Shown here: positions 62,075 through 64,000 of the stretch, one piece after another
Position numbering within the stretch: the stretch's first letter is position 1
Layout of the letters: every line of letters begins with the position of its first letter
From: Hypanus sabinus
Lineage: Eukaryota
DNA: 64,000 nucleotides
Reading direction: 5' to 3'
Assembly (NCBI RefSeq): GCF_030144855.1
Contig: NC_082731.1
Location: forward strand, 26,846,001-26,910,000
Program-made: the position numbers and the translations under genes
Notes under the pieces: generated by a model
Database searches by the model: none
What the model saw: only the letters and a program-made list of their open reading frames with translations
What the model was told of the DNA's origin: nothing

Positions 62075-64000
62075 TAAGCAGAAGTTATGACCTGTACAAA
62101 AGGGACATGTTACACCTGACTCCATGGGGGACAAATAGATTTGCAGACCGGTTTGTTGGAGCTGTTCAGAAGGGTTTAAACAAATATGGCAGAGGGATGG
62201 GAAATGAAGTGAAAGGGTTGAGGATCAAATTGTTGGTTTACAAACAGAGGTAGGGTGTAGTGAGACTGCTAGGTAAGAAGCTGATGTTCGGGTATAATTG
62301 CAGTTGGATGAGTTGCAATGTAAAAGGGGGACAAAATTTTAAACTGTGATTAATACAGGACTGAAGGTGTTATATTTGAATGCACATAGTATACAGAATA
62401 AGCTAGATGAACTTGTAGCACAGCTACAGATTGGCATGTATGACCTTGTGGGCATTACTGAATTGTGGCTGAAAGAAGATTATAGCTGGGAGCTTGATGT
62501 CTAAGGATACCCATTGTATCACATGGACGAGAAGGTAGGCAGAAGGTGTGGTGTGGCTGTGTTGGTTAAAAATTAATTAAGATCATTAGAAAGAGATGAC
62601 ATATTATCAAATGGTGTAGAATCATTCTAGGTAGAGCTAAGAATTTGCAAGTGTGAAAGACTCTGATTGGATTTATAAACAGACCTGCAAACAGTATAGC
62701 AAATATGTGGTCTACAAAATACAACGGAAGGCAGAAAATGCTTGTCAAAAATGCAATGTTAAGATAATCATCGGGAATTTCAATGAGCAAGTCGATTGGG
62801 ATGGATTGCACAGGAACTGCAGGGGAACTATTATCCTGGTTTCAAGATTTGCTGATGCTACATGGGAGAGTTTAAGGGATTCTGATAGGGCTGAATTTGT
62901 TAAGTACATCCAGGCATGTTTCTCAAATCACTATGTTTACGGTCCAATGAAAGGAGGGGCAACACTGCTCCTGGCACTGCAGAATGAGCCTGGCCAGGTG
63001 ACTGACCTTTCAGTGGGTGAACGGTAACGGAAGAGTGCCAACTCGTTAACTTTTAGGATAACTATCGACAAAAATAGGTATTATCCTTGTGGAACAATTT
63101 TAAATTGGCATAGGGCAACTTACAAGGACATTCAGCAGGAACTAAGAAGTGTTAATTGGAAACACCTTTTCTCTGGCAAGTCCACATCAGACATGTGGAG
63201 GGTGTTTAAAGAGCAATTGCACACAGTAAAGGAAAAGTATGTTCCTGTCAGAAGGAAGGCTGGGGATGGAAAGATATGAGAACCCTGGGTGTTCAGAGAG
63301 GTGATGAATTTAGTCAAGAAGAAAAAGATAAATTATGTAAAGTTTCAGAAGGTCAAATCAAACAAAGCACGTGAGCAGTATAAAGAAACCAGAAAGGAAC
63401 TAAAGGGAATTAGAAAAGCCATGAGGGGCCATGAAAAGTCATGGTAAGTTGGAGTAAGGTGAATCCCAAGGCATTCTATACATATGTCAATGGTGAGAGG
63501 ATAACTCAGGAGAGGGTGGGAGCATTCAAAGATAAAGGGGGAAATATCTGCTTGGATGCAGAGAATGGGAGTGAGGTACTTAATGAGTACTTTGCTTCAT
63601 TATTTACAAAGGAAAAGGATGCGGAGGAACCAAGAGATCAGTGCTGAGTGTATAAATAAATTCGGGCATTTCGAGGTAAAGTTGGAGGAAGTATTGGGTA
63701 CCCGAAAAAGGATTAAGATGCATAAGTCCTCAGCACAAATGTTGTACCTCTATTTATGAAGGGAAAAAGGATACACCTTTAAGCAACAGTACTGCTGAGC
63801 AGAGAGATCTTGGAATCCAAGTTCAGACTCCTTGAAAGTGACTGCACAGGTCAATAAGAGGGTGAACAAGGTTTACGGAAGGCTTGCTTTTATTAGTTGC
63901 AGCATTGAGTTCAAAGGTCAGGAGGTTATGTTGCAACTTTATGGAACTCTGGTTCTATCAAATCTGGAGCATTGTGCAGAGTTCTGGTTGCCCCACTGTA
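62075..64000 (+). mobile_element. Decayed CR1 LINE (ORF1 end, endonuclease, linker, deleted RT), running off the window
   Basis: Homologous to 21050-22300 and 16000-17700. Confidence 0.8.

Overview
Vertebrate genomic DNA from a cartilaginous fish (the species cannot be determined from the sequence). It has two assembly gaps (1913-2404, 52609-52744). Bases 1-33 kb are mostly decayed retroelements (CR1, L1, RTE, Rex1/Babar and Penelope-like elements, plus a SINE). From about 33.8 kb to 61.9 kb the + strand carries one nearly complete, unrearranged and apparently intact immunoglobulin heavy-chain minilocus of the IgW (IgD-lineage) class. Its order is leader-V(23RSS)-D1(12/23)-D2(12/12)-J(23), a 6.8-kb J-C intron, then CH1-CH2-Sec(Cys-rich short-form tail)-CH3-CH4-CH5-CH6+tailpiece-CH3'-CH4'-TM1. 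TM2 was not found in the window. The most unusual feature is a second intact CH3'/CH4' exon pair, about 55% identical in protein to CH3/CH4. It lies downstream of the terminal secretory exon and upstream of TM1, so it looks usable mainly or only in the membrane (B-cell receptor) form. Intron homology shows the duplication originally extended to CH5. Other points of note are a ~30-copy G/C-skewed 41-43 bp tandem repeat at the switch-region position in the J-C intron, a candidate intronic enhancer, an octamer-less V promoter sharing an ETS-IRF 15-mer with the J-C intron, and a short-form secretory exon whose polyA signal overlaps its last codons. All coordinates, identities and motif calls were read by eye. 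Transposable-element boundaries are approximate.
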